From Candidatus Eiseniibacteriota bacterium (GTDB taxonomy: Bacteria; Eisenbacteria; RBG-16-71-46), in assembly GCA_963776245.1 (NCBI GenBank), contig CAVZLN010000006.1, positions 512,001 through 576,000 of the forward strand: DNA of 64,000 nucleotides, given 5' to 3'. Below the pieces are notes generated by a model. The model was given only the letters and a program-made list of their open reading frames with translations. It made no database searches and was not told the DNA's origin. Positions 37,737-47,585 of the stretch are shown piece by piece. The position numbers were made by a program, and so were the translations under genes. Numbering within the stretch: position 1 is the first letter of the stretch; each line of letters opens with the position of its first letter.

Positions 37737-37917
37737 GCGCCCCTTGATTCGCAGTCCCGACTCGGTCACGCGCAGGGTCTGCCGGTGCTCCCCACCGGTG
37801 GCGGGTGAGGCTCGCACCAGCGTGAAGGAACACCACCGGAGCGGCCGATAACCCGAAGGTGCCCGCCGCAGTCCGCGGCCGGCCTTCATCCTCTCCCTCA
37901 GGCAGGCGGGATCTCGG

Positions 37918-39045
37918 ATGAGCGGGCTTCCACTCGAACGCGATGCGATACTGCGCCGTGCCGTCGAGCAGGGCGCGTCGGACCTCATCATGACCGCCGG
38001 TCACCCGGTCATGATGACGGTGGCCGGCGTGCTCCAGCCGATGCCCGACTCGGCCGTGCTCACGCCGGCGGACTCCCGCCGCCTCGGCGAGTCGTTCCTC
38101 ACCCCCGCCCTGCACGAGCGCTTCCTGCGCGACCTCGAGCTCGACACCCGCTATTTCATCCCCGGACTGGCGCACTTCCGCGTCAACCTGTTCGTCCAGC
38201 GCAGCCACTGGGGCACCGCGCTGCGCATCGTGCCGGTGCGCATCCCGCTGCCCGCGGAGCTCGGACTGGCGCCCCACGTGGTGAAGCGCGTGCTCGCGCT
38301 GACGCGCGGGCTGGTGCTGGTGACCGGACCGACCGGGGCGGGCAAGTCCACCACCATCGCCTCGTTGCTCGAACAGGTGAACCAGGGCGGCCCGCGCCGC
38401 CACATCGTCACGGTCGAGGACCCGATCGAGTTCGTGTTCGAGGCCAAGAACGCCGTCATCGACCAGCGCGAGGTGGGCACCGACACGCGCTCGTACGCCC
38501 GCGGGCTGCGGGGCGCCCTGCGCCAGCTCCCGCACATCATCTTCGTCGGCGAGATGCGCGACCTCACCAGCATGGCGATCGCGCTCACCGCGGCGGAGAC
38601 CGGCAATCTCGTGATCTCGACCATGGCCACGCAGTCGGCCGCGCAGACCGTGACGCGCATCATCGACGCGTTCCCGCCCCACCAGCAGTCCCAGGTGCGC
38701 GCCCAGCTCTCCCTCACGCTGCGCACGGTGATCTCGCAGGTCCTGCTGCCCCGCGCCGACGGCAAGGGCCGGGTGGCGGCGCGCGAGGTGATGTTCGTGA
38801 CCCAGCCGATCGCGAACCTCATCCGCGAGGACAAGATCCACCAGGTGCAGAACGTGATCTCGACCAGCCTCAAGGACGACATGCTCGCCCTCGACGACTC
38901 GCTCGCCGAACTGGTGGACCGCGGGCTGGTGTCGTTCGAGACCGCGCACCCCTACTTCGACGACAGCGAGAAGCGCGCGGCGGTGCAGAAGCGCTCCTAC
39001 CGCATCGCGCCGATGCCGCCGCGGGCGGCGGAGGGGGCGCGGTGA
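37918..39045 (+). CDS. pilT: PilT/PilU-family ATPase (atypical His box)
   Basis: GASDL, GPTGAGKST, TVEDPIE, VGEMRD, PIANLIRE. Confidence 0.85.
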   Translation: MSGLPLERDAILRRAVEQGASDLIMTAGHPVMMTVAGVLQPMPDSAVLTPADSRRLGESFLTPALHERFLRDLELDTRYFIPGLAHFRVNLFVQRSHWGTALRIVPVRIPLPAELGLAPHVVKRVLALTRGLVLVTGPTGAGKSTTIASLLEQVNQGGPRRHIVTVEDPIEFVFEAKNAVIDQREVGTDTRSYARGLRGALRQLPHIIFVGEMRDLTSMAIALTAAETGNLVISTMATQSAAQTVTRIIDAFPPHQQSQVRAQLSLTLRTVISQVLLPRADGKGRVAAREVMFVTQPIANLIREDKIHQVQNVISTSLKDDMLALDDSLAELVDRGLVSFETAHPYFDDSEKRAAVQKRSYRIAPMPPRAAEGAR

Positions 39046-40766
39046 GCCAGTCCTTCCGGCTCTCGACGCGGCGCTTCGGCGAGCTGCTGGTGGACTGCGG
39101 CCGCATCACCGCGGACCAGCTCGACCAGGCGCTGCGCGCGCGCCAGGACCCGCGCGAGCGCCTCGGCCAGACCCTCACGCGGCTCGGCATCCTGACCGAG
39201 GACGACGTCGTGCGCTTCCTCGGCGAGCAGTTCTCGCTGCCGGTGGCCGCGGCCGCCGTGCTCTCGAACGCCGACCCCGAGGCGGTCCAGCTCATCCCCG
39301 AACATCTCGCGCGCCAGGCCAACCTGCTGGCGCTCAGCCGCACCGGCGACACGCTCGAGGTCGCGGTCGGCGATCCGCTCGACGTGGTCTCGCTCGACCA
39401 CCTGCGCGCCCTCACCGGGTGCTCGCTGCGCGTCCTGATCGCCAAGCCGAGCGAGGTGCGCGAGGCGATCGACGAGTTCTACCAGCAGATCCGCGCCAGC
39501 GAGAAGGTCGGCGAGATCCTCGACAACCTCGACCTCTCGGCCTCGGCCGACGGCGACGAGGACGTCGATCTCGCCGCCCTGCGCCAGCAGGTCGACGACG
39601 CGCCGGTGGTGCGGCTGGTGAACCTGATGCTCGCCGAGGCCATCGACTCGCGCGCCAGCGACATCCACGTGGAGCCGCTGCGCGAGCGCGTCACGGTGCG
39701 CTTCCGCATCGATGGCGTGCTGCACGAGGCGATGAAGCCGCCCAAGCACCTGCAGATGGCGATCACCTCGCGCATCAAGGTGCTCGCCGACCTCGACATC
39801 GCGGTGCGCCTGCTGCCGCAGGACGGGCGCCTGACCGTGCATCTGCCCGACCGCGAGGTGGACATCCGCGTCTCCACGCTGCCCACCGCCTACGGCGAGA
39901 AGGTGGTGCTGCGGCTGTTCGACAAGGGCGCCTTCAACCGCGTGGTCGCCAACCTCGGCCTCGAGGGCAGCGCGCACGACGCGTTCGTCCGCGCCATCCG
40001 CCAGCCCTACGGCATGATCCTGATCTCGGGCCCGACCGGGAGCGGCAAGACCACCACGCTCTACGCGGCGCTCAACGAGATCAAGAGCGTGCACAAGAAC
40101 CTGGTCACGGTCGAGGACCCGATCGAGTACCACATCGACGCCGTCAATCAGGTGCACGCCAATCACAAGGTCGGCATGACGTTCGCGCGCGCGCTGCGCT
40201 CGATCCTGCGCCAGGACCCCGACGTCATCATGATCGGCGAGATCCGCGACGCCGAGACCGCCGACATCGCGGTGAAGAGCGCGCTCACCGGGCACCTGGT
40301 GCTCTCGACCGTGCACGCCAACGACGCCGCCGGCACCGTGACCCGCCTGATCGACATGGGCGTGCCGCGCTATCTGGTGGGCTCGGCGCTCACGGTCGTG
40401 ATGGCTCAGCGCCTGGTGCGCCGCGTGTGCGAGCGCTGCCATGAGACCGTGATCCCCGACCCGGAGCAGCTCGCGGTGATGGGCGACGACGCCGCGCTGC
40501 TCAAGGGCCATCCGCTCAGCCGCGGGCGCGGGTGCATCGTGTGCAAGCAGACGGGATACTCCGGGCGGACGGCGGTGTTCGAGGTGATGGAGATGACCAA
40601 GCCGATCCGGCGCCTGGTGCTGGATGGGCTCAACGAGGATCAGATCAAGCAGAAGGCCGTGGGCGAGGGGCTGGTGACGCTGCGCAAGAGCGGCATCCGC
40701 AAGATCCTCGACGGGGTCACCACCATCGACGAGGTGCGCGCCGCGACCCTCGCCGACGACGCCTAG
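39042..40766 (+). CDS. pilB: PilB/GspE assembly ATPase with N-terminal MshEN motif
   Basis: RFGELL...RLGQTL, GPTGSGKTT, LRQDPD, TGHLVLSTVH, CxxC...CxxC. Confidence 0.93.
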   Translation: MSQSFRLSTRRFGELLVDCGRITADQLDQALRARQDPRERLGQTLTRLGILTEDDVVRFLGEQFSLPVAAAAVLSNADPEAVQLIPEHLARQANLLALSRTGDTLEVAVGDPLDVVSLDHLRALTGCSLRVLIAKPSEVREAIDEFYQQIRASEKVGEILDNLDLSASADGDEDVDLAALRQQVDDAPVVRLVNLMLAEAIDSRASDIHVEPLRERVTVRFRIDGVLHEAMKPPKHLQMAITSRIKVLADLDIAVRLLPQDGRLTVHLPDREVDIRVSTLPTAYGEKVVLRLFDKGAFNRVVANLGLEGSAHDAFVRAIRQPYGMILISGPTGSGKTTTLYAALNEIKSVHKNLVTVEDPIEYHIDAVNQVHANHKVGMTFARALRSILRQDPDVIMIGEIRDAETADIAVKSALTGHLVLSTVHANDAAGTVTRLIDMGVPRYLVGSALTVVMAQRLVRRVCERCHETVIPDPEQLAVMGDDAALLKGHPLSRGRGCIVCKQTGYSGRTAVFEVMEMTKPIRRLVLDGLNEDQIKQKAVGEGLVTLRKSGIRKILDGVTTIDEVRAATLADDA

Positions 40767-40773
40767 GCCGCCT

Positions 40774-42036
40774 ATGCCCTCCTACTACTACCGCGCACGC
40801 GACGCCGAGGGACGGGCCCGGGAAGGCATCGAGATCGCCGCCTCCGAGGAGGAGGTGGTGCGCATCCTCGAGGAATCGCGGCTGGTGCCGATCTTCATCG
40901 AGTCCCGGGCGCCCTCGGGTGCGCGCGCCGCGCGCGCCGAGTTCCTGCGTCCATTCGCCCGGGCGCTCTCGCGCCTGAACGCACGCATCCAGCCCGGATC
41001 GGTGGCGTTGTTCGCGCGCCAGCTGGCCACCATGATCGGCGCCGGACTGCCGCTGGTGCGCTCGCTGCGCTCGATCAGCCGCGATCACCACGACCGCCGG
41101 CTGGCGGTGCTCATCGGGCAGGTGGCCGACGACGTGCAGAAGGGCGAGTCGCTGTCGAACGCGCTCGGCCGCCACCCCGAGGCGTTCGACGCGGTGTTCG
41201 TGAGCCTGGTGAACACCGGCGAGGTGAGCGGGACGCTGGACAGCATCCTCGAGCAGACCGCCACCTATCTGGAGAAGGCCGAGGGCCTGCGCCTCAAGGT
41301 GGAGGCCGCCCTGCGCTACCCCACCTTCGTGCTCAGTTTCGCCCTGGTGGTGCTGCTGGCCATGCTCCTGAAGATCATCCCGATGTTCGCCAGCATCTAC
41401 GACCGCTTCCGGGTCCCCCTCCCCCTGCCCACCCGGATGCTGCTCGGGGCGAGCCGGCTGATCACGGACAACCTGTTGCTGGTGGCACCTTTGGCCCTGC
41501 TCGGAGCGGTCACGGTGTGGTACTGGGCCCAGACCGAACAAGGGCGGCTGGTGGTGGACCGGATGAAGTTCCGGTTGCCCATCTTCGGGAATCTCATCAG
41601 AATGTACGCAGTCACCAAGTTCGCCCGGACGCTGGGCATCCTCACTGGGAGCGGGACGCAGATCCTCTACGCACTCAAGGTCCTGCGGCCGGTGCCGGGT
41701 AACAAGGTGCTGGAGCAGGGCATAGACTTCGTACGGACGCGCGTCGAGGAAGGCGTGGCACTGTCCAAGGCCATGACCGATTCCGGGGTGTTCCCCGAGA
41801 TGGTGGTGCAGATGACCGCCACCGGCGAGGAGACCGGGAAACTCGACACCATGTTGTCGCGCACCGCTGACTTCTACGAGCAGCGCGTGAGCGCCGCCGT
41901 GGAGGGGATGAGTTCGCTGGTCGAGCCCATCGCCATCGTCATGCTGGGTGGGATCATCGGGATCATGCTGATCGCCCTGTACCTGCCCATCTTCAACCTC
42001 GGCCATGCGATGAGGGCCGGGATGCTGGGACACTAG
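40774..42036 (+). CDS. pilC: PilC/GspF inner-membrane platform
   Basis: FARQLATMIGAGLPL, GEVSGTLD, ALRYP, GEETGKLD, ALYLPIF. Confidence 0.93.
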   Translation: MPSYYYRARDAEGRAREGIEIAASEEEVVRILEESRLVPIFIESRAPSGARAARAEFLRPFARALSRLNARIQPGSVALFARQLATMIGAGLPLVRSLRSISRDHHDRRLAVLIGQVADDVQKGESLSNALGRHPEAFDAVFVSLVNTGEVSGTLDSILEQTATYLEKAEGLRLKVEAALRYPTFVLSFALVVLLAMLLKIIPMFASIYDRFRVPLPLPTRMLLGASRLITDNLLLVAPLALLGAVTVWYWAQTEQGRLVVDRMKFRLPIFGNLIRMYAVTKFARTLGILTGSGTQILYALKVLRPVPGNKVLEQGIDFVRTRVEEGVALSKAMTDSGVFPEMVVQMTATGEETGKLDTMLSRTADFYEQRVSAAVEGMSSLVEPIAIVMLGGIIGIMLIALYLPIFNLGHAMRAGMLGH

Positions 42037-42170
42037 GCAGTTTCGGGGACGAGCCCCCCGCTCGGACGGCGGATTCGTTCCGTGGTTGTGCGACGAAAGA
42101 CGGATCGGGCCCAGGCGGTCCATCCGGCCGAACCGGAGAGCCGGAACCCCACAGAAGGAGATCTGGACCC

Positions 42171-42599
42171 ATGCGCAGGATGGATCAGAAAGGCTTCACC
42201 CTGATGGAGCTGATGGTCGTCATCGTCATCGTGGCGATCCTCGCGGCGGTTGCCGTACCGCTCTACATCAACTACGTCAAGGACGCGCAGCGCACCGAGG
42301 CGAAGGGCGCGATCGGCGCGGTGATCACGGCCGAGCAGACGTACTTCCAGCTCAATGGTACGTACGTCGCTCTCACGGCGTTCATCAAGAACCCCGGGCC
42401 CAGCGACCAGAGCGGACTGAACTGCGACCTGACGGAAGCGCTCGGCAACTGGTCCTTCAAGGTGGAGACGCCGACGGACGCGAAGACCGGCTACACTGTC
42501 ACCGCGACCGGCCTGGGTGCTACGGGCGGACCGCCCGTGGACATGATCGTCACGTACGCCTATAAGCGCGCGGACGGTCGCGGCATCTGGACGCCGTAG
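42171..42599 (+). CDS. pilA: Major type IV pilin
   Basis: KG|FTLMELMVVIVIVAILAAVAVP class III signal; strong AAGGAG RBS; hairpin (42602-42617) follows. Confidence 0.9.
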   Translation: MRRMDQKGFTLMELMVVIVIVAILAAVAVPLYINYVKDAQRTEAKGAIGAVITAEQTYFQLNGTYVALTAFIKNPGPSDQSGLNCDLTEALGNWSFKVETPTDAKTGYTVTATGLGATGGPPVDMIVTYAYKRADGRGIWTP

Positions 42600-42628
42600 G
42601 CCTGCGGGAGCCCGCAGCCGAGGCTGCC

Positions 42629-43087
42629 TTGGTCATCCGACCGGGAACACTCGACCGCGCCGCGGAAGCGACTCGGTGCGCCCGCGGCTTCTCGCTGATC
42701 GAGGCCATGGTCGCCACCGTGATCGCGGTGCTGGCGGTGCTGGGCCTGGCGCACACCTTCGGGCTCGGCCACGGCCTCATCGACCGCTACGCCGGCTCGC
42801 GCGCGGCGCTGGGCGAAGCGCAGCGGCGCATGGAGTGGCTGTCGGCCCACGCGGCGCAGCATGCGTGCGACAGCCTGGTGGTCGGCGGCCTGTATCCTTC
42901 GACCCCGTCGGCGTTCTCGATCCCGGGGGTGGTCAGCGGTACCGTGCAGTGGCAGGTTGATGCGTATGACGACGCGGTGACCCCCACCATCACCCAGGAC
43001 ATGCGTCTCGTGACCATGGTCGTGGTGTACGGATCCGGGAGCGAGCGCGACAGCCTCCGTATCACCCGGTTGTTCCCGAACCCATGA
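42629..43087 (+). CDS. Minor pilin (PilV-like)
   Basis: RG|FSLIEAMVATVIAVLAVLGL; start uncertain. Confidence 0.75.
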   Translation: MVIRPGTLDRAAEATRCARGFSLIEAMVATVIAVLAVLGLAHTFGLGHGLIDRYAGSRAALGEAQRRMEWLSAHAAQHACDSLVVGGLYPSTPSAFSIPGVVSGTVQWQVDAYDDAVTPTITQDMRLVTMVVVYGSGSERDSLRITRLFPNP

Positions 43088-43593
43088 CCGCTCGCCCACC
43101 CCGCCATCCGGAGCGCGGACTCACGCTCACCGAACTCACGGTCGCCACCCTTATGGCGAGCATCGTGATGATCGGGCTGGTGGGCTTCTACATGAACTCG
43201 CAGGGCGTCTGGATGGATTCCTCGGGGCAGGCGCTCACGCAGCGCGAAGCCACCCAGCTGACCGAGGAGGTCACCCAGCGTTCGCGGGGCGCCGCCTACC
43301 TCACCCTCACACCCGTGAGCGGGGATTCGCTGCAGGACATCACCTTCTTCTCCCCGGGCCCCGGCGGCACCACGACCACGGCGCGGTTCTGGTGGAGGGC
43401 GGCGGACCGGCGCGTGCATCTCGAGCTGAACGGCGGTGGTGACGCGGGCCCGCTCGAGGTCTCCGACGTGGAGCGATTCGCCTTCCGCGCCAACCCGGAC
43501 ACATCGTACGTCGAGTTCGATATCCGCATGAGATCCCCCGAGGATCAAGTGGTCGCGGTGACCTCGGGTATCCGGCTCCAGAACCACCACTAG
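43084..43593 (+). CDS. Minor pilin (PilW-like)
   Basis: RG|LTLTELTVATLMASIVMIGL. Confidence 0.75.
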   Translation: MTARPPRHPERGLTLTELTVATLMASIVMIGLVGFYMNSQGVWMDSSGQALTQREATQLTEEVTQRSRGAAYLTLTPVSGDSLQDITFFSPGPGGTTTTARFWWRAADRRVHLELNGGGDAGPLEVSDVERFAFRANPDTSYVEFDIRMRSPEDQVVAVTSGIRLQNHH

Positions 43594-43608
43594 ACTTCCG
43601 AGGTTCGC

Positions 43609-44899
43609 ATGGCCCACGCGTCCCCCCCCGACGTTCCATCCTCCCGCGGCTTCGTGCTGGTCGGGGTGGTCATGTTCGTGCTCGCGCTCACCATCCTTGG
43701 CCTGTCCGTGTTCAGCCTGTCGTCGTACGAGGCGCAGTTCCTGCGCCACTCGCACGACGAGGTCCAGGCGTTCAACGATGCCATGGGCGGCCTCGATCGC
43801 GCCGCCTACGCGCTGGCGAGGACGGACTCGCTGGAGAGCGTGCGCGTCCACCTGCCGCCCGGGATCGACTCCACGAGCTCCTGGCAGTGGAGTGGCACGA
43901 ACCGGGTGATCTATGGGCCGGTCAACGCGGATTCCACCGTGTGGGTGAAGGTGTGCGCGCACCGCGGACCCGCGGAGCGGGTGGTCACGGCCGGCTTCAT
44001 CCCCACGTCGACTCAGAACTACTACAATCGGACGATCCACACGTCCTCGTGGGTGGTCGTCGACATCTATACTGAGAGCGGTCACCCCGCGCAATCACTC
44101 GGTCGAACTCGGGGCCGCGGTCCGCCAGGTTTCGACCGATTTCGGGTGGATCGGGCTACCTCGCCGCTCCGCCTCTGCCCATCGATTGGGGAACGATGAA
44201 CGTGCCCGTCCCCCGCGGCGCAATACGCTTCATCACGGCCGCACCTGCCGAGGAGCGACCCAACCCCCCTACGACTCGGCGCTCCAAGACCTACAAGTTG
44301 TCGAATCCGAATCCCAACGCGGTGAAGTACTTCTACTGGCCGGATGACCCCAGGCTTCCAAGTGGACACTCCACGATCCGAACGATGTCAAGATCGAGGT
44401 CGAGGGAATGGTCGTCTGGCTTTTCCCGAAGGGAGTCCACTTCGGCGAGGGCCTTGGCCCCACCGTCGTGGAAAGTGAAGAACATTCCACTGCGAACGAC
44501 TGCCTGGTGATCGTCGCCAGGGCCCGAGTGAGAGTCAAGGAAGCCGGCCTCGGCCCGGAGTTCATCGGCATCTCGTTCTTCGGCGGGCTCAGGTCCAGCG
44601 GCTCCAATGGTGTTCCCATCATCCTGGTCACCGACGGGGTGCTGGAGATCGATCAGGCCAGTGATTCCGCGGTGGGCCCTGTGATCGACTACTTCTCCGC
44701 ATTCGCGGGCGGGATCTACTTGCGCGGCCCACTGCTCCCCTACCGTATGAGACTCCTCCATGCCTCGAATGCCCCCCAGGACCAGCCCAACGGCCTGCTC
44801 GATCAGCTGCTCCGTCAGAAGGCGCTGCCCAACTCGACCGGCGGTTCCTCGACACGATTCGAAATGCTCGCCGGGACGTGGCAGGATGTGACCCCATGA
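43609..44899 (+). pseudogene. Large PilX/GspK-like minor pilin, broken by several frameshifts
   Basis: RG|FVLVGVVMFVLALTILGLS (no Glu5); protein-like sequence continues through frame changes near 44090, 44155 and 44350-44370 to ...GTWQDVTP*. Confidence 0.6.
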
Positions 44900-44912
44900 G
44901 GGTCGCCAATCG

Positions 44913-45968
44913 ATGAGGGCGGGCATCCGCAGCCGGCCATGGGTCGGTCTCGACGTCGGTGCCTACAGCGTCAAGGTGCTCGCCGCGCAGCATGCCGTGG
45001 GCGGCACGCGGCATTGGCTCGCCGAGCAGCCGCTGCCCACTCTCGAGGGCGACCTCGATCGCGGGCATCCGCCCGAGGTGGTGGCACGCGCCATCTCCGT
45101 CGCGCTCGGGCAGGCCGGCCTCACCCCGCGCGGGCTGCGCGGGGTGACCCTCGGGGTCACGGGGCCCGACGTCATCCTCAAGCAGGTCACGCTGCCGCTG
45201 CTCGACGACGCCGAGGTCGGTCCCGCGCTGCGCTTCGAGGCGCGCAAGCATCTGCCCTTCGACCCTCAGGGCATGGTGCTCGACTTCCAGATCGTGGCGC
45301 GCTATCCGGTGCAGAAGCGCCTCGAGGTGCTGCTCGCCGCGGTGTCCCAGGAGCGCCTCCAGAAGTCGTCCGCCCCGCTCGGGATGCTGGGCCTCGAGGC
45401 CGACATCGTGGACGCCGTGCCGCTCGCGCTCACCAACGGCCTGACGTTCTCGAGCCCGGACCGGGACCGCGAACCGGTCGCGCTGCTCGACCTCGGACAT
45501 GCGGCCTCCCACCTCACGCTGTGGCAGAAGGGCGAGCCCTACTTCGCGCGCCGCATCGATTTCGGTGGGCGCTCGCTCACGCGCGCCATCGCCGCCGGCA
45601 CCGGCTCCTCGGCCGAGGAGGCCGAGGAGTGGAAGCTCGCCGCCGGCGCCGACGAGCCCGGTTTCCGCGTGGACTGGGACTCGGTCGAGATGCGCGCCGT
45701 GCTCGAGTGCCTGCGGACCGAACTGGCCGACGAGGTCAGGCGTTCGTTCGCGTTCTACCGCACGCTGGGCCGCATGCCCGACCCGATGAGCCTGCGCGTC
45801 TCGGGCGGCTCGGCGCGTCTGCCCGGCCTGGCGGCCCGGCTCACCGAGCTGCTCGGCATGCCGGTGGCGCTGTTCAATCCGCTCGACGGCACCCACGGCG
45901 CGCAGGTCGTGGGCACCAGTGGGCCCCAGTTCGCCACCGCGTTCGGGCTGGCGCTGAGATCCGCGTGA
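44913..45968 (+). CDS. pilM: PilM alignment-complex protein
   Basis: VGLDVGAYSVK, EARKHLPFD, LLDLGH, FGGRSLT, SGGSARL, AFGLALR. Confidence 0.9.
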   Translation: MRAGIRSRPWVGLDVGAYSVKVLAAQHAVGGTRHWLAEQPLPTLEGDLDRGHPPEVVARAISVALGQAGLTPRGLRGVTLGVTGPDVILKQVTLPLLDDAEVGPALRFEARKHLPFDPQGMVLDFQIVARYPVQKRLEVLLAAVSQERLQKSSAPLGMLGLEADIVDAVPLALTNGLTFSSPDRDREPVALLDLGHAASHLTLWQKGEPYFARRIDFGGRSLTRAIAAGTGSSAEEAEEWKLAAGADEPGFRVDWDSVEMRAVLECLRTELADEVRRSFAFYRTLGRMPDPMSLRVSGGSARLPGLAARLTELLGMPVALFNPLDGTHGAQVVGTSGPQFATAFGLALRSA

Positions 45969-46543
45969 CCCCGGTCTTCCTGATCAACTTCCGCCGCGAG
46001 GCCTATCGGCGCGAGGCGGCCAAGGCCCGCCGGCGGGTGACCTTGCTCGGGCTGTGGGTGGCCTATTTCGGCGCCATCGTGGTGGTGCTCGGGCTGTATG
46101 GTCTCAATTGCACGGTGGTCGCCCGGCGCGCGGGCCAGGTCGAGCGCCAGGCCCAGCGTCTGCGCCAGATGCAGGGCGCCGCCACCACCACGCGCCTCTC
46201 CGCCGAGGACGTGGCGCAGATCGAGCGCTACCTGCGCAGCCCCGGCCGCTGGCGCGACCGGCTGACGCGGATCGCGGCGCTGCTGCCTCCCGGCGTGCGG
46301 CTGACCTCCATGAGCGTCAATCCTCAGGGCCTCGAGGGCGCGGCCAACGCCGACCTGCTGATCATCACCGGCATCCTGCGCGTGCCCGTGGGGGTGGACC
46401 GCATGCGCAGCGTCATGGACCTCGAGAGCCGGCTGCGCTCCGACAGCGCGTTCGTCGCCGGGTACTCCAAGGTGCGGCTGACCTCGACGCGCATCTTCGG
46501 CGGCGGGGACCCCTCCACCGAGTTCACCATCGAGTGCCGCTGA
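45965..46543 (+). CDS. pilN: PilN
   Basis: N-terminal LINF motif, TM helix, position after pilM. Confidence 0.75.
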   Translation: MTPVFLINFRREAYRREAAKARRRVTLLGLWVAYFGAIVVVLGLYGLNCTVVARRAGQVERQAQRLRQMQGAATTTRLSAEDVAQIERYLRSPGRWRDRLTRIAALLPPGVRLTSMSVNPQGLEGAANADLLIITGILRVPVGVDRMRSVMDLESRLRSDSAFVAGYSKVRLTSTRIFGGGDPSTEFTIECR

Positions 46544-47100
46544 TGAACCCCTTCCTGGCCGCGACCCTGCGCCGTCACTGGCGCCTCGCCACCGCGACGG
46601 TGGTGTTCGTGGTCTTCATGCTCGCGCACCAGGTCGTGTTCCAGCCCGCCGTGCACCGCTACGAGGACGCGTTGTCGCGGGCCCGGGCACTGGGACTCGC
46701 CCTCGATCCGGGGCAGATGGAACCGGTGATACCGCCGCGGGTGTTCGCGCGCATCACCGACAATGCCCTGCCTCCCGCCGCGGCAGTCGATCAGGCGGCC
46801 TCGGGCGTGCTCGCCGCGCGGCTCCTCGAAGAACTCGCGCAGGCCGCCCAGCAGAGCGGGCTCGAAGTGACCGTCTCGGAGCCGGGCCCGGCCTCGCAGC
46901 AGGAATCCTCCGCCATCGCGCGCGCGCATCTCACCCTGCGCGGCGGCTTCGGACCGTTCGTGAGCTTCCTGGACGCGCTGGCGCGCGGACCGCGGTTCAT
47001 CGCGGTCGATCGCTTCACCCTCGCGCCCCAGGGCGGCCAGCTCATGATCGACGTCTGGGCCAGCCGGCTGGTGCTCAAGCGCGACGGAGTGGTGCGATGA
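46543..47100 (+). CDS. pilO: PilO/GspM-like
   Basis: TM helix; LRGGFGPFVSFLDALAR.PRFIAV. Confidence 0.7.
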   Translation: MNPFLAATLRRHWRLATATVVFVVFMLAHQVVFQPAVHRYEDALSRARALGLALDPGQMEPVIPPRVFARITDNALPPAAAVDQAASGVLAARLLEELAQAAQQSGLEVTVSEPGPASQQESSAIARAHLTLRGGFGPFVSFLDALARGPRFIAVDRFTLAPQGGQLMIDVWASRLVLKRDGVVR

Positions 47101-47582
47101 GACCCGCCCTCGGCGGTTTCGCGGCCCCCCTGCTGGCCTGCGTGCTGTTCGCCGTCATCCTGGTGCAGACGCGCGCCGCGTTGCGGGTCTCGGGCACCTG
47201 GGCGCGCGTCGCCCCGCCCGCGCCCACCGCGGCCATGGACCCCTATGGACCGCTCGACCGCCTGATCGCTGGCGCGGCCGGCTCGCCTTCCCCGTCACCC
47301 GAACGCGACCCATTCGCGCTCGGGCCGGTGGCGGGCGTCGTGGCCCCGCCCCATGCCGTGCGGCGCCCGGTCGTGCCGGCGCCGCCACCCCGTCCGGTGC
47401 TCACATCGATCGTGTGGGACTACGACCCGCGCGCCACCATCCGCTGGGGTGGGCGCGAATACTCGGTGCGCGAGAACACCCTGTTCGCGGACTTCCGCGT
47501 GGCGGGGATCAGCCGCGATCAGGTCGTGCTGGAACGCGGGGGCGAGCGCTTCGTGCTCGCGCTCCCCAAGAAAGGAGAATGA
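47097..47582 (+). CDS. PilP/GspC-like
   Basis: RDPF motif, Pro-rich linker, C-terminal beta domain (VAGISRDQVVL); no lipobox. Confidence 0.6.
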   Translation: MRPALGGFAAPLLACVLFAVILVQTRAALRVSGTWARVAPPAPTAAMDPYGPLDRLIAGAAGSPSPSPERDPFALGPVAGVVAPPHAVRRPVVPAPPPRPVLTSIVWDYDPRATIRWGGREYSVRENTLFADFRVAGISRDQVVLERGGERFVLALPKKGE

Positions 47583-47585
47583 CGC

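Noticed and set aside
37763..37860. c-di-GMP-I (GEMM) riboswitch in the pilT leader
   Set aside because: The opening ggtcacgcgcaggg is superficially similar, but the GGCAAA...GAAA...GACGCAAAGC core is absent.
42037..42170. Riboswitch or sigma54 promoter before pilA
   Set aside because: Only short hairpins; no convincing consensus.
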